A stretch of 64,000 nucleotides of DNA. Origin: Actinomycetota bacterium. Its GTDB lineage: Bacteria; Actinomycetota; UBA4738. Every line of letters starts with the position of its first letter. The stretch's first letter is position 1. Below, one piece after another: positions 17,198 to 26,189 of this stretch. Under the pieces are notes generated by a model. It saw nothing but the letters and a program-made list of their open reading frames with translations, made no database searches and was not told the origin of the DNA. Position numbers and translations under genes: made by a program. The stretch covers positions 2,333-66,332 of the forward strand of contig DATLZQ010000002.1 of NCBI GenBank assembly GCA_035573915.1. Reading direction: 5' to 3'.

Positions 17198-19676
17198 AGG
17201 CCCCCTGGGGAAAGGGCCAAGGCGGAGCCGGCCGCCGGTCCGAGCAGATCCTCCACCTGGTCCGCCTCCAAGGGGAGCCCGAACAGGAACCCCTGGGCGA
17301 GTTCGCACCCCAGCTGCCTGAGCTCAATGTGCTGCAAGGGTGACTCCACGCCCTCCGCCACGGGGGTCTTGCGGAGGGTGTGGGCCAGCTCGACGAGGGC
17401 CCGGGCGAAGCGCGAGTCTCGCTCGGTCTCGGCCACCCCCTCCACAAACGAGCGGTCGATCTTGAGGATGTCCGCTGGGAAGTGCTTGAGGTAGCGGAGC
17501 GAGGAATACCCCGAACCGAAGTCGTCGATGGCGATCTGGACCCCGAGGAGCTTGATCTCCTGGATCCACCGAAGGGCCGCCTCCACGTTGTCGATGAGCA
17601 CCCCTTCGGTGATCTCGATGATCAGCCGCTCGGAGGGCAGGCCGGAGGCCCGGAGGGCGTCGGCCACCGCTCGCACGGACTCCGGTCTCTCGAGCTCCCA
17701 GCCGGAGAAGTTCACGCTCACGGACAGGTCCGGGGCCCGCTCCTGCCACTCACGCACCTGGCGGCAGGCCCGGTGCAGCACCCACCGGTCGATGGCCATG
17801 ATGAGGCCGGTCTCCTCGGCCAGGGGGAGGAAGTCCGCCGGGGAGAGGACGCCCCTCGTGGGGTGGCGCCAGCGGACCAGGGCCTCGAACCCGGAGACCG
17901 TCCCGGTTTCGAGGTCCACGATGGGCTGGTACCGGACGGCGAGTTCGCCTCGCTCCACCGCCCGCTCGAGGTCGGACCGGAGGCTGGGTCGGTCCACCGC
18001 TCCGGTCCCCGCGGGGACCGAGGTCGGGACCGGGCCCCCGGGTCCCGTACCGGGCTGTGGCTCGTCGCCCCAGAGGTCGCCCGCGAGGGAGACCCGGTTG
18101 CGCCCGGCGGCTTTGGACCGGTAGAGGGCTTCGTCGGCCGCGCGGACCAGGGAGTCGGCGTCGGCCCCGTGCGTGGGGTAGATGGCCACCCCCACGCTCA
18201 CCGTGAGGCCCCCTGGGACGTCCAGGCCGGCCACGGCTGCCCGGACGCGCTCCGCGGCGGCGAGCGACTCGGACCAGGGGCACATGGGCAGGATGACGGC
18301 CAGCTCCTCGCCCCCGTAGCGGGCCACGGTGTCGAAGGCCCGACACGCGGAGACCAAGGCCTGGGCCACCGCCCGCACGGCCTCGTCCCCGGCCTGGTGC
18401 CCGTGGCGGTCGTTGAAGGCCTTGAAGTGGTCGATGTCCACGAGCAGCAACGTGAGCTCGGTCCCGGTCCGCTGGGCTCGGGACAGCTCCCGCTCCAGGG
18501 CGTGCTCGAAGGCCCGGCGGTTGGCCACGCCCGTGAGGGGGTCGGTCTCGGAGATCCTGGTGATCGTCTCGAGGAGCCAGGCGTTGCGCAGGGCCATGGC
18601 CGCGTAGGAGGCGAACTGCCCCACGACCGAGAGCACCCGGCGTTCCACCCGGGACCGTAGGCGGCTCGCGTGTTCGAGGACCAAGGCCCCGAGCGGGTAG
18701 TCGTCGGCAACCAGGGGGACGACCACCACGTTGCGAGCCCCGCGGAGGAGGCCGGCCAGCTGGGGGCTGGTCTCGAGGTTCACCGTGGGCACCAGGAGAG
18801 GGCGGCGCTCCTCCCAGGCCCGGCGGACCAGGGCGTCCACGCCTCCCGGCAGCTCGGTGAGGGCCGGGACCCCCCGCGCCCCGGCCACGGCGAACCGCCC
18901 CTCCGAGGCCGCGATGACCAGGGCCCGTCTGAACCCGAGCGCGTCCCGCACCGCGTCGAGGAGGGTGTCCGCCACCGTCCGGGCGTCCTTGGCCCGGTCG
19001 AGCTCGGAGGCCAACCGGGCCAGGGCCTCGACGTGGCGCTTGCGGCGGTGGAGCTCCCGCTCGTTGGCGGCGGAGAACGTAGCCGTCCCTCCCGCCACCG
19101 CCCAGATGGTGACCACCGTGAGCAGGAACGGTCGCCCCTGCAGGGTGGCGCCGGTCGCCACGGGGGACAGGAGGCCGTTGGCCTGCCCCCACCCCGCCGC
19201 CACGAGCAGCAGGCAGTGCCACGCGGCCAGCTTGAGCCCGGTCCGCCAGGAGGTCAGGATCGTGACCGCCACCAGGTGGACGTAGACGAGGACCAGGAGG
19301 GTGCTCTCGGTCCACCCCGAGCGGTAGACGGCCCATTCCAGGTACAGGCCGTCGAGGAACACGAGGGCCAGGATGACCGGGAGCCCCCGCCGGCCCGACC
19401 CCGCGCGAACGGCCTCCAGGGCAAGGGCGACCCCGAGGTAGGTCACGGTGGGCAGGACCAGTCGGGACGAGGGGACCCGGACCAGCGTGGGGGCGAGCAG
19501 GCCCGAGCCCAGCACCGCCAGGGCGAACCCCACCCGGAGGACCTGGAGGTGCCCCATCCGGAGAGCCAGCGAGGCCAGCTCCTCCTGGCTCCAGAACGCG
19601 GCCTGTCGGCGGCTCGGGTTCGGGGCCTCTGCCTTGGCATTCGAGCCGTCCTCCCGGGACGGGCGTCGGTCGGTCA
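17083..19676 (-). CDS. Membrane-anchored GAF-GGDEF-EAL protein (c-di-GMP turnover)
   Basis: ATG 19676 after CAGGAGCGCGCG. About 6 TM helices, GAF-like region, GGDEF domain (RYGGEEL), EAL domain (GFEALVRWRHP, DDFGSGYSSL). Confidence 0.85.
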
Positions 19677-19869
19677 TCGCGCGCTCCTGGGGGCGGCCGC
19701 TACCGGGAACGGGGTAAGTCTGCGTGGCCAGGAGGGGGGACCGCATCGGCCGTTCGGGCATACCTCGATCGACCGACCGTCCCCTGGTCCGGCCCGTCCG
19801 GGTGACGACCTTGGTCGGAGTTTGGTGGGACCGGGGGGCGCGGGCGGGCCTGCCGTCCTGCGGCCCCGC

Positions 19870-20895
19870 CTACCGAGGGGCCAGCTCGGCGCGGACGCCC
19901 AGGAGCCGGACGGGACGGTCCAGCTGGAACCGGTCTAGGGCGGCGAGCGCCGCCGCCTCGATGGCTCCGGGGTCGAGGCTCGGCGTCAGGAGGGGCACGC
20001 CGTGGGTGTGGGTGTCGAAGGGGGCGAAGCGGACCTTGACCACCACGCGGAGGACCGGCCGGCCCTCCTCCCCGAGCTCCCGGGCGAGCTCCGTGGCCAT
20101 GGCGGCTACCTGCCGGCGGACCTCGACCGGGTCGGCGATGTCCTCCTGGTAGGTCCGCTCCCGCCCTCGGCCCTTGGGGACCGGGGGCTCGTCGGACACG
20201 GGGGAGGCGTCCTCGCCGGTGGCGAGCTGCCGCAGCCACGGCCCCACCATGGGCCCGAACCGCCGGGCCAGCCGCTCGGGGTCGGCCGCCGCCAGCTCTC
20301 CCACGGTCCGGATCCCGAGGCCGGCGAGCTTCCGGGCCGTCTTGGTGCCGATCCCCCACAGGGCGTCGGTGGGGAGGCCGTCCATGACCTCCGCCCAGTT
20401 CTCCCTGGTCAGCCGGAACACCCCGGCCGGCTTGGCGAAGCCGCTGGCCAGCTTGGCCCGGAGCTTGTTGTCCCCCACCCCCACGGAGCACCACAGCCGG
20501 GTCCGCTCCAGGACGGCCCGCTGCACCTGGCGGGCGAGCCCCTCCGGGTCGTCGGTCTCCACGGCCATGAAGGCCTCGTCCCACCCCGCCACCTCCACCA
20601 CCGCGGGGAACGACCGGAGGGTGGCCATGACCTCCCGGGACGCGGCCAGGTAGGTCTCGGCGTCCACCGGCAGGAACACGGCCTCCGGACACCGTCGGTA
20701 GGCGGTGCGCAGCGGCATCCCGGAGCGGATGCCGTACTTCCGGGCCTCGTAGTTGGCGGTGGACACCACGCCCCGCTTGGTGGGATCGCCGGTGCCTCCT
20801 ACCACCACGGGTCGGCCCCGCAGCTCGGGCCGGCGCAGGAGCTCCACCGCGGCGATGAACTCGTCGAGGTCCACGTGGAGGACGAACCGCCCCAC
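19870..20895 (-). CDS. dinB: DNA polymerase IV (Y-family, DinB)
   Basis: MGRFVLHVDLDEFIAAVE..., SIDEAF-like WDEAFMAV, helix-hairpin-helix and little-finger regions. 341 aa. Confidence 0.85.
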   Translation of the reverse strand: MGRFVLHVDLDEFIAAVELLRRPELRGRPVVVGGTGDPTKRGVVSTANYEARKYGIRSGMPLRTAYRRCPEAVFLPVDAETYLAASREVMATLRSFPAVVEVAGWDEAFMAVETDDPEGLARQVQRAVLERTRLWCSVGVGDNKLRAKLASGFAKPAGVFRLTRENWAEVMDGLPTDALWGIGTKTARKLAGLGIRTVGELAAADPERLARRFGPMVGPWLRQLATGEDASPVSDEPPVPKGRGRERTYQEDIADPVEVRRQVAAMATELARELGEEGRPVLRVVVKVRFAPFDTHTHGVPLLTPSLDPGAIEAAALAALDRFQLDRPVRLLGVRAELAPR

Positions 20896-20982
20896 GGGCC
20901 CAGCGTAGACCGGCCCTGGCCGGCGGTGGGAGCGGGGCGCCGCCTCCTCACCGGCGGTGGCGGGCCGGAGAGCGGGGGCCCC

Positions 20983-21726
20983 TCAGAGGGTCCCCGCCTC
21001 CCGCAGGAGGGCCCGGAACCGGCGGGCGTCCTCGAGCATGGCGAGGTTGTTGAACAGGACGTACACGGGAGCGCGGCCCGCCTCCAGCGCCTCGCGGCAC
21101 CGGCCCAGGAGGGCCCGGAGGTCGTCGTCGGTGTAGCGGTACCGGTAGCCGCCCACTCCGTGCAGCCGCCAGTAGGCGAAGCCCCCGTGGACCTCTCGCC
21201 CCGAGAACGGGTCCACGCAGTGGACCAGGTCCAGCTCGACGCAGAGCTCCCGGACCAGCTCCGGGGGCCAGCCACCCCTCGGTTCCCAGGCCAGGGCCAG
21301 GCCGTCGCGAGGGGCCCGCTCGAAGAACCCGCGGAGGTCGGCCACGTGCCGTTCAGTGGGTCGAAAGCTGGCGGGGCACTGGAAGACCACCACCCGAGCC
21401 TCGAGGGCCAGGGCGACCTCCAGGGTCCGCCGCCAGGCCTCCTGGACCTCGGGGGTGGGGCGGAACGAGCCGTAGGCGTCGGGGGACCCGCGCAGGGGCT
21501 CCCGGAGGCGGCGGTAGGTGGGGCTGGCGGGGCTGTGGGTGATGAGTTGCCAGGCCTTCATGGTGTGGACGAACCCGGGAGGTGCCTGGTCTCGCCAGCG
21601 CCGGGCCGTCGAGACGCTGGGGAGCTGGTAGAAGGTCTGCTGGACTTCCACCACCGGGAACTCCGCCACGTAGGCGTCCCGACGGACCGGGAACCCGCAG
21701 CAGCCCACCAGGACCAGCTCACGCAC
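20983..21726 (-). CDS. DUF72 (YecE-like) family protein
   Basis: GTG at 21726 (VRELVLVGCCGFP...). The longer ORF to 21945 has an Arg/Pro-rich non-protein-like lead. DUF72 pattern (GCCGF, FYQLP, VFQCP). Confidence 0.65.
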   Translation of the reverse strand: MRELVLVGCCGFPVRRDAYVAEFPVVEVQQTFYQLPSVSTARRWRDQAPPGFVHTMKAWQLITHSPASPTYRRLREPLRGSPDAYGSFRPTPEVQEAWRRTLEVALALEARVVVFQCPASFRPTERHVADLRGFFERAPRDGLALAWEPRGGWPPELVRELCVELDLVHCVDPFSGREVHGGFAYWRLHGVGGYRYRYTDDDLRALLGRCREALEAGRAPVYVLFNNLAMLEDARRFRALLREAGTL

Positions 21727-21800
21727 CGACCACCACCGCCCCGTCGTGCACGTTGCGCCGACAGGATGTATTCCTATGGAAGCGGAAAGGAGGTGAGGGC

Positions 21801-22184
21801 ATGGACGAAGGGCTGAGGGACCGGATGGAGGGGTTCGGCCCGGAGGAGCCCGTCGAGGCGAGTGGAGCGGGGCCCGAGACCGAGGTCCCCGCCCCCGGTC
21901 CGGAGATGCCGCCCGTCCCGGAGGCCGGGCCTGCCCCGGAGGCACCGCCGGAACGGCCGCCGGCCCCGAAGAAGCCGGCCGCGCCTAAGAAGCCCGCCGC
22001 GAAGAAGCCGGCGGCCAAGAAGAAGGCGGTGGCCAAGAAGAAGCCGGCAGCCAAGAAGAAGGCCGTGGCCAAGAAGCCCGCGGCCAGGAAGCCGGCGACG
22101 AAGAAGGCCGCCGCCAGGAAGACCGCCTCCAAGCCCGCGGTCTCCAAGCGGGCCGGGGCCGGGACCTCCACCCGGAGGCGCTGA
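21801..22184 (+). CDS. Lys/Ala/Pro-repeat histone-H1-like DNA-binding protein
   Basis: ATG 21801 after GGAAAGGAGGTGAGGGC. 127 aa. N-terminal acidic region, then (P)AAKKPAAKKKAVAKK repeats. Confidence 0.65.
   Translation: MDEGLRDRMEGFGPEEPVEASGAGPETEVPAPGPEMPPVPEAGPAPEAPPERPPAPKKPAAPKKPAAKKPAAKKKAVAKKKPAAKKKAVAKKPAARKPATKKAAARKTASKPAVSKRAGAGTSTRRR
21965..22130 (+). repeat. Imperfect tandem nucleotide repeats (about 30 nt units, GCCAAGAAGAAGGC(G/C)GTGGCCAAGAAG...) encoding the AKKP tail
   Basis: Direct inspection. Coding repeat, not CRISPR (no unique spacers, in-frame). Confidence 0.6.
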
Positions 22185-22227
22185 CCCCGAGGCCCGGCCG
22201 GGGGCCACCGGGACCAGGGCGAGGTCG

Positions 22228-22707
22228 CTACAGGTAGCGAAAGCTCTCGGGTTCCTGTTCCTTGCGCTCCTCTTTCTGGGGAGCGCGCTGGGGGAGAGCG
22301 CGTCGTCGCATGGCCTCGAACTGGGCCTGGGCCTGCATCTGCTGGGCCCACAGGGCGGCCTGGATGCCGTGGAAGAGGCCCTCCAGCCACCCCACCAGCT
22401 GCGCCTGGGCCACCCGGATCTCCGCGTCGGTGGGGGCCTCCTCCAGCCTGGGGACCAGAGCGTCCAGCTCCCGCTGGAGGTCGTCCGACAGCACCTCCTT
22501 GAGCTCCCGGAGGGACGCGTCGTAGATCTCCCGGAGCCGCTCCCGTCCCCGCTCGTCCAGGGGGGCCTGCCTGGCCTCCTCGAGGAGGTGGCGGGCCATG
22601 GAGGCGATGCGGAGGAGCTTGGCCGGCTGGTCGATGCGGTCGCCCCGCTCCTCGTCCGGCGTCTCCCGGACCACGATGAGCTTGCCTCGTTCCTCGATCT
22701 CGGCCAT
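22228..22707 (-). CDS. bpa: Bacterial proteasome activator Bpa (PafE)
   Basis: Strong similarity to Mtb Rv3780 core (QPAKLLRIASMARHLLEEARQAPLDE...AEIRVAQAQLVGWLEGLFHGIQAALWAQQM). Ends ...ESFRYL; Rv3780 ends GQYL. Confidence 0.8.
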   Translation of the reverse strand: MAEIEERGKLIVVRETPDEERGDRIDQPAKLLRIASMARHLLEEARQAPLDERGRERLREIYDASLRELKEVLSDDLQRELDALVPRLEEAPTDAEIRVAQAQLVGWLEGLFHGIQAALWAQQMQAQAQFEAMRRRALPQRAPQKEERKEQEPESFRYL

Positions 22708-22853
22708 GGGTCCTCCTCGTCACGTCGTCGGGTGGGCGGTCCCTCCTTGGGCTCCGGCTCACCCTGAGGGCGCCCTGGCCCGGGGGGCCGCCCGGGCGTC
22801 CGCGGCCATCCCTCTTACCCTACTCCGGCCCGGCGCCACCGGCCCAGGTCAGA

Positions 22854-23321
22854 ATGCTGGGTGTGAACCTCCCCGAGGCGGACGAGCGGTTCATGGGGCT
22901 GGCCCTGGAGGAGGCCCGCCGGTGCCTGGAGTGGGGGGACGTCCCGATCGGGGCCGTCGTGGTCCGGGCCGGGCAGGTGGTGGCCCGGGCCGGCAACCAG
23001 CGAGAGCTCCGGGCCGACCCCACGGGCCACGCGGAGGTCCTGGCCCTCCGGGAGGCCGGGGCCAGGCTGGGCACCTGGAGGCTGGACGGCTGCACGGTCT
23101 ACGTCACGCTCGAGCCCTGCGCCATGTGCGCCGGGGCCCTGGTCCTGGCCCGCGTGGACCGGCTGGTGTTCGGGACCCGGGACCCGAAGGCCGGCTTCGC
23201 GGGCTCCCTCGGGAACCTGGTCCAGGATCCCCGTCTCAACCACCGGCTGAAGGTCAGGGAGGGCGTGCGGGCGGAGGAGGCCTCTCAGCTCCTGCGGTCG
23301 TTCTTCGCCGGCCACCGGTGA
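22854..23321 (+). CDS. tadA: tRNA adenosine(34) deaminase
   Basis: CDA fold HAEVLALREAG...TLEPCAMCAGAL. 155 aa. Confidence 0.85.
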   Translation: MLGVNLPEADERFMGLALEEARRCLEWGDVPIGAVVVRAGQVVARAGNQRELRADPTGHAEVLALREAGARLGTWRLDGCTVYVTLEPCAMCAGALVLARVDRLVFGTRDPKAGFAGSLGNLVQDPRLNHRLKVREGVRAEEASQLLRSFFAGHR

Positions 23322-23343
23322 GGGCGGGGGAGGGCGGAGGCCC

Positions 23344-23370
23344 GACCCCGGGGTTTTCCCCTTGCGGGTC
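23344..23370 (+). terminator. Possible hairpin after tadA (GACCCCGGGGTTTTCCCCTTGCGGGTC)
   Basis: Nested inverted repeats (GACCC/GGGTC outer, GGGG/CCCC inner). No clear U-tract. Confidence 0.25.
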
Positions 23371-23446
23371 CTCATCCCTCTGCCCTAGGCTGGCCCCTGG
23401 CCCCGGAGCTGGACCGGGGGAGGCTCGACCCAGGAGAGGGGGGCGG

Positions 23447-23761
23447 ATGGCACACGTGGGGAACGTCTACACGTCGGCCGCCTGGCTGGTGAAGGCCGGC
23501 AACGAGGAGGACTTCGTCCTGGCCTGGGAGAGCTTCGCCCAGTGGTGCATGAAGCACGGCTGGGGCGCCGAGCCTCCCCTGCTCCTCCGCAACCTCGCCG
23601 ACCGGCGCTACTTCGTCTCGTTCGGCCAGTGGGAGGACCGGGAGCGGGTGGAGGAGTGGCGGCGGCTGCCGGAGTTCCAGGACTTCCTGGCCCGGGCCCG
23701 GGAGCTCTGCGAGGAGATCCGCCCGGGCACGTTCGAGGTGGCCGCCCACCCCACCCCCTAG
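23447..23761 (+). CDS. Small ABM/Dabb-like (antibiotic biosynthesis monooxygenase fold) protein
   Basis: ATG 23447 after GGAGAGGGGGG. 104 aa (...FVLAWESFAQW...YFVSFGQWEDRERVEEW). Confidence 0.55.
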   Translation: MAHVGNVYTSAAWLVKAGNEEDFVLAWESFAQWCMKHGWGAEPPLLLRNLADRRYFVSFGQWEDRERVEEWRRLPEFQDFLARARELCEEIRPGTFEVAAHPTP

Positions 23762-23812
23762 GGCCGGGAGCCGCGCCGGGCCCGCCGGTACAATGGGTCT
23801 TCGGTAGGGTCG

Positions 23813-23901
23813 CCTAGTCTGGCCGAGGGCGGCGGTCTCGAAAACCGCTAGGGGAGCAATCCCCTCGTGGGTTCGAATCCCACCCCTACCGCTCGTTTGG
23901 G
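23813..23901 (+). tRNA. tRNA-Ser (anticodon CGA)
   Basis: Acceptor GGTAGGG/CCCTACC. Anticodon loop CTCGAAA. Long variable arm. T-loop GTTCGAATC. Confidence 0.85.
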
Positions 23902-24208
23902 GCGAGGGGTACCCGCTCAGCCATCCGTTCCGAAGATTGCCGTCTCGGGGAAGAAGCTCGCCCAGTCGAACCAGAAGCTCTTCACGGAGACGATGACGCC
24001 GTCGTCGCGCTCGACGCTCTCGGCGGGAAGGAGGCGCAGGCACCGAGGACAGAGGGAGCTCATCTGGCCGAGCCTGCGGGCCGAGAGGTCGTCGCGGTCG
24101 ACAGCCTCACCTTTCACCATCGTGAGGTGGGACGCCGGACCGGGACCTCCGATTCCCCGACCGCCTTGGGCCCGGGTGCGCCGCCTACAATCGAGGCCGG
24201 AGGGATGC

Positions 24209-24294
24209 CCGAGCGGACGAAGGGGCACGCCTGGAGAGCGTGTAGGCGGGTAACCGTCTCCGGGGTTCAAATCCCCGTCCCTCCGCTCCCCTGA
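24209..24294 (+). tRNA. tRNA-Ser (anticodon GGA)
   Basis: Acceptor GGAGGGA/TCCCTCC. Anticodon loop CTGGAGA. Long variable arm. T-loop GGGGTTCAAATCCCC. Confidence 0.85.
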
Positions 24295-24431
24295 AGGCCG
24301 GCGTGTCGAGTCCCGGCCGTCATCGTGCGTTGGGCCGTCCCCGCTCCCCGCGTATGATCGGGAGGCCGCCGGCCGTCCCCCGGGCCTCCCCGGCCGTCCG
24401 AACAGGTCCTCGTCCCTGAGGAGCGCCACCC

Positions 24432-26189
24432 GTGACCGAGCAGGAAAGCATCGCCAGACGCGGCCTGCGCGTCCTGGCCTCCTACGTGGCCACCCACCCC
24501 GTGCCCTTCGCGGTGGCCGTCACCGGGGCCACTGTCTACGCGGCCATGACCGTGGCCGGCTCGTTCGTCCTGGGCCGGATCACCGACCGGGTGCTGGTCC
24601 CCGCCTTCGGGCGGGACGTGGGCCCGGGGGCCATCCTCTGGGCCGTCGGGGTCCTCCTGACGGTGGGCGTGGTGCGGGCGGGGGGCGTGGTCACCCGCCG
24701 GTACTTCGCCGCGATGACCGGCGGGCGCCTGCGGGCCACCCTCACCGCCCACGTGGTGGACCGGTACCAGCGGCTGCCCCTCGCCTACCACCGGGCCCGG
24801 CCCACGGGCGAGCTCATCGCCCACGCGGAGGCCGACGTCCAGGCCGCCATCGACGTCGTCCACCCGCTGCCCTGGTCGCTGGCCGTGGTCCTCCTGGTGG
24901 CCTTCGCCACGGTGGCGTTGTTCCTCACCGACCTCTTCCTGGCCGTCGTCGGGTTGGTGGTCCTGCCGGGGCTGGCCCTGCTCAACCGGGCCTACAGCCG
25001 GAGGATCGAGGAGCCCGCGGCCCGGGCCCAGGAGCACATCGCGGAGGTCTCGGCGGTGGCCCACGAGAGCATCGACGGGGCCCTCATGGTCAAGACCCTG
25101 GGTCGGGAGGAGGCGGAGGTGGCCAGGCTCCGGGACCGGGTCCTGGCCCTGCGGGACGCCCGGGTCCGCCTGGGGGCCTTGCGGGCGAGCTTCGAGCCGG
25201 CCTTCGAGGCCCTGCCGGCCCTGGGGATCGTCGTGCTCATCGCCGTGGGCGCCTGGCGGGCGTCCACGGGGGCCATCACCGTGGGAACCCTGGTCCAGTT
25301 CGTGAGCCTCTTCGAGCTGCTGGCCTCCCCCATCCGGCTCATCGGCTACGTCCTCTCCGACCTCCCCCGCTCCGTGGTGGGCCGGGAGCGGCTGGAGCGC
25401 GTGTTCACGGAGCCCATCGCGCTCCGCACCCCGCCCCCCGGCGACGGCCTCCCGCTCCCCCCAGGGTCCCTGGGGCTGTCCGTCCGCTCCGTGGCCTTCT
25501 CCTACGAGGGCACCCGGGTCCTCGACGAGGTCACGTTCGACGTCGGACCCGAGGAGTCGGTGGCCCTGGCCGGCCCCACGGGGTCGGGGAAGAGCACCCT
25601 GGCCCACCTCCTGGTGCGCCTGGCCGACCCCGAGGCCGGGTCGGTCCTCCTGGGAGGGGTGGACCTCCGCCAGGTGGACCCGGGGGAGCTCCGCCGGGCT
25701 GCGGCCATCGCCTTCCAGGAGAGCTTCCTCTTCGCCTCCTCGGTCCGGGACAACATCCTCCTGGGCTGGGAGGAGAGCGAGGAGGACGTGGTGTGGGCGG
25801 CCCGGCTGGCCCAGGCGGACCGCTTCGTCCGAGCCCTCCCGCAGGGCTACGACACGCCCCTGGGCGAGCGGGGAGTGAACCTCTCCGGAGGCCAGCGACA
25901 GCGCCTGGCCCTGGCCAGGGCCCTCGTCCGCCGGCCCCGCCTGCTCGTGCTGGACGACGCTCTCTCGGCGGTGGACCCCAGGGTCGAGGCAGCCATCCTT
26001 GAGGGGCTGCGGCGGGAGGTCCGCGCCACGCTCGTGGTGGTGGCCTACCGGGTCTCCACGATCGCTCTGGCCGACCGGGTCCTCTACCTCGACGGAGGGC
26101 GGATCGTGGCGGAGGGGACCCACGACGCGCTCATGGCCCACCCGGGATACCGGGCCATGATCACCGCCTACCGACGGGGGGCGGCGTGA
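24432..26189 (+). CDS. ABC exporter, fused permease-ATPase (half-transporter 1 of a heterodimer)
   Basis: 585 aa. 6-TM ABC_membrane domain plus NBD (GPTGSGKSTL, LSGGQRQRLALARAL, LVLDDALSAVD). Confidence 0.8.
   Translation: MTEQESIARRGLRVLASYVATHPVPFAVAVTGATVYAAMTVAGSFVLGRITDRVLVPAFGRDVGPGAILWAVGVLLTVGVVRAGGVVTRRYFAAMTGGRLRATLTAHVVDRYQRLPLAYHRARPTGELIAHAEADVQAAIDVVHPLPWSLAVVLLVAFATVALFLTDLFLAVVGLVVLPGLALLNRAYSRRIEEPAARAQEHIAEVSAVAHESIDGALMVKTLGREEAEVARLRDRVLALRDARVRLGALRASFEPAFEALPALGIVVLIAVGAWRASTGAITVGTLVQFVSLFELLASPIRLIGYVLSDLPRSVVGRERLERVFTEPIALRTPPPGDGLPLPPGSLGLSVRSVAFSYEGTRVLDEVTFDVGPEESVALAGPTGSGKSTLAHLLVRLADPEAGSVLLGGVDLRQVDPGELRRAAAIAFQESFLFASSVRDNILLGWEESEEDVVWAARLAQADRFVRALPQGYDTPLGERGVNLSGGQRQRLALARALVRRPRLLVLDDALSAVDPRVEAAILEGLRREVRATLVVVAYRVSTIALADRVLYLDGGRIVAEGTHDALMAHPGYRAMITAYRRGAA

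Noticed and set aside
16440-17200. Integrase, transposase or mobile element next to the tRNA-Ser/tRNA-Arg pair
   Set aside because: No integrase, transposase, recombinase or att-like direct repeat could be found by eye. GC content is uniform. Only decayed ORFs are present.
21965-22130. Tandem about 30-nt repeats as a possible CRISPR array or minisatellite
   Set aside because: Repeats are in-frame coding sequence for a Lys/Ala/Pro tail, with no unique spacers of constant length and no cas genes.
23917-24429. 170-aa minus-strand ORF spanning tRNA-Ser(GGA)
   Set aside because: Overlaps a well-folded tRNA gene and is low-complexity in that part. Only the C-terminal about 65 aa (with one CxxC) could be real, and there is no RBS. 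Left unannotated.
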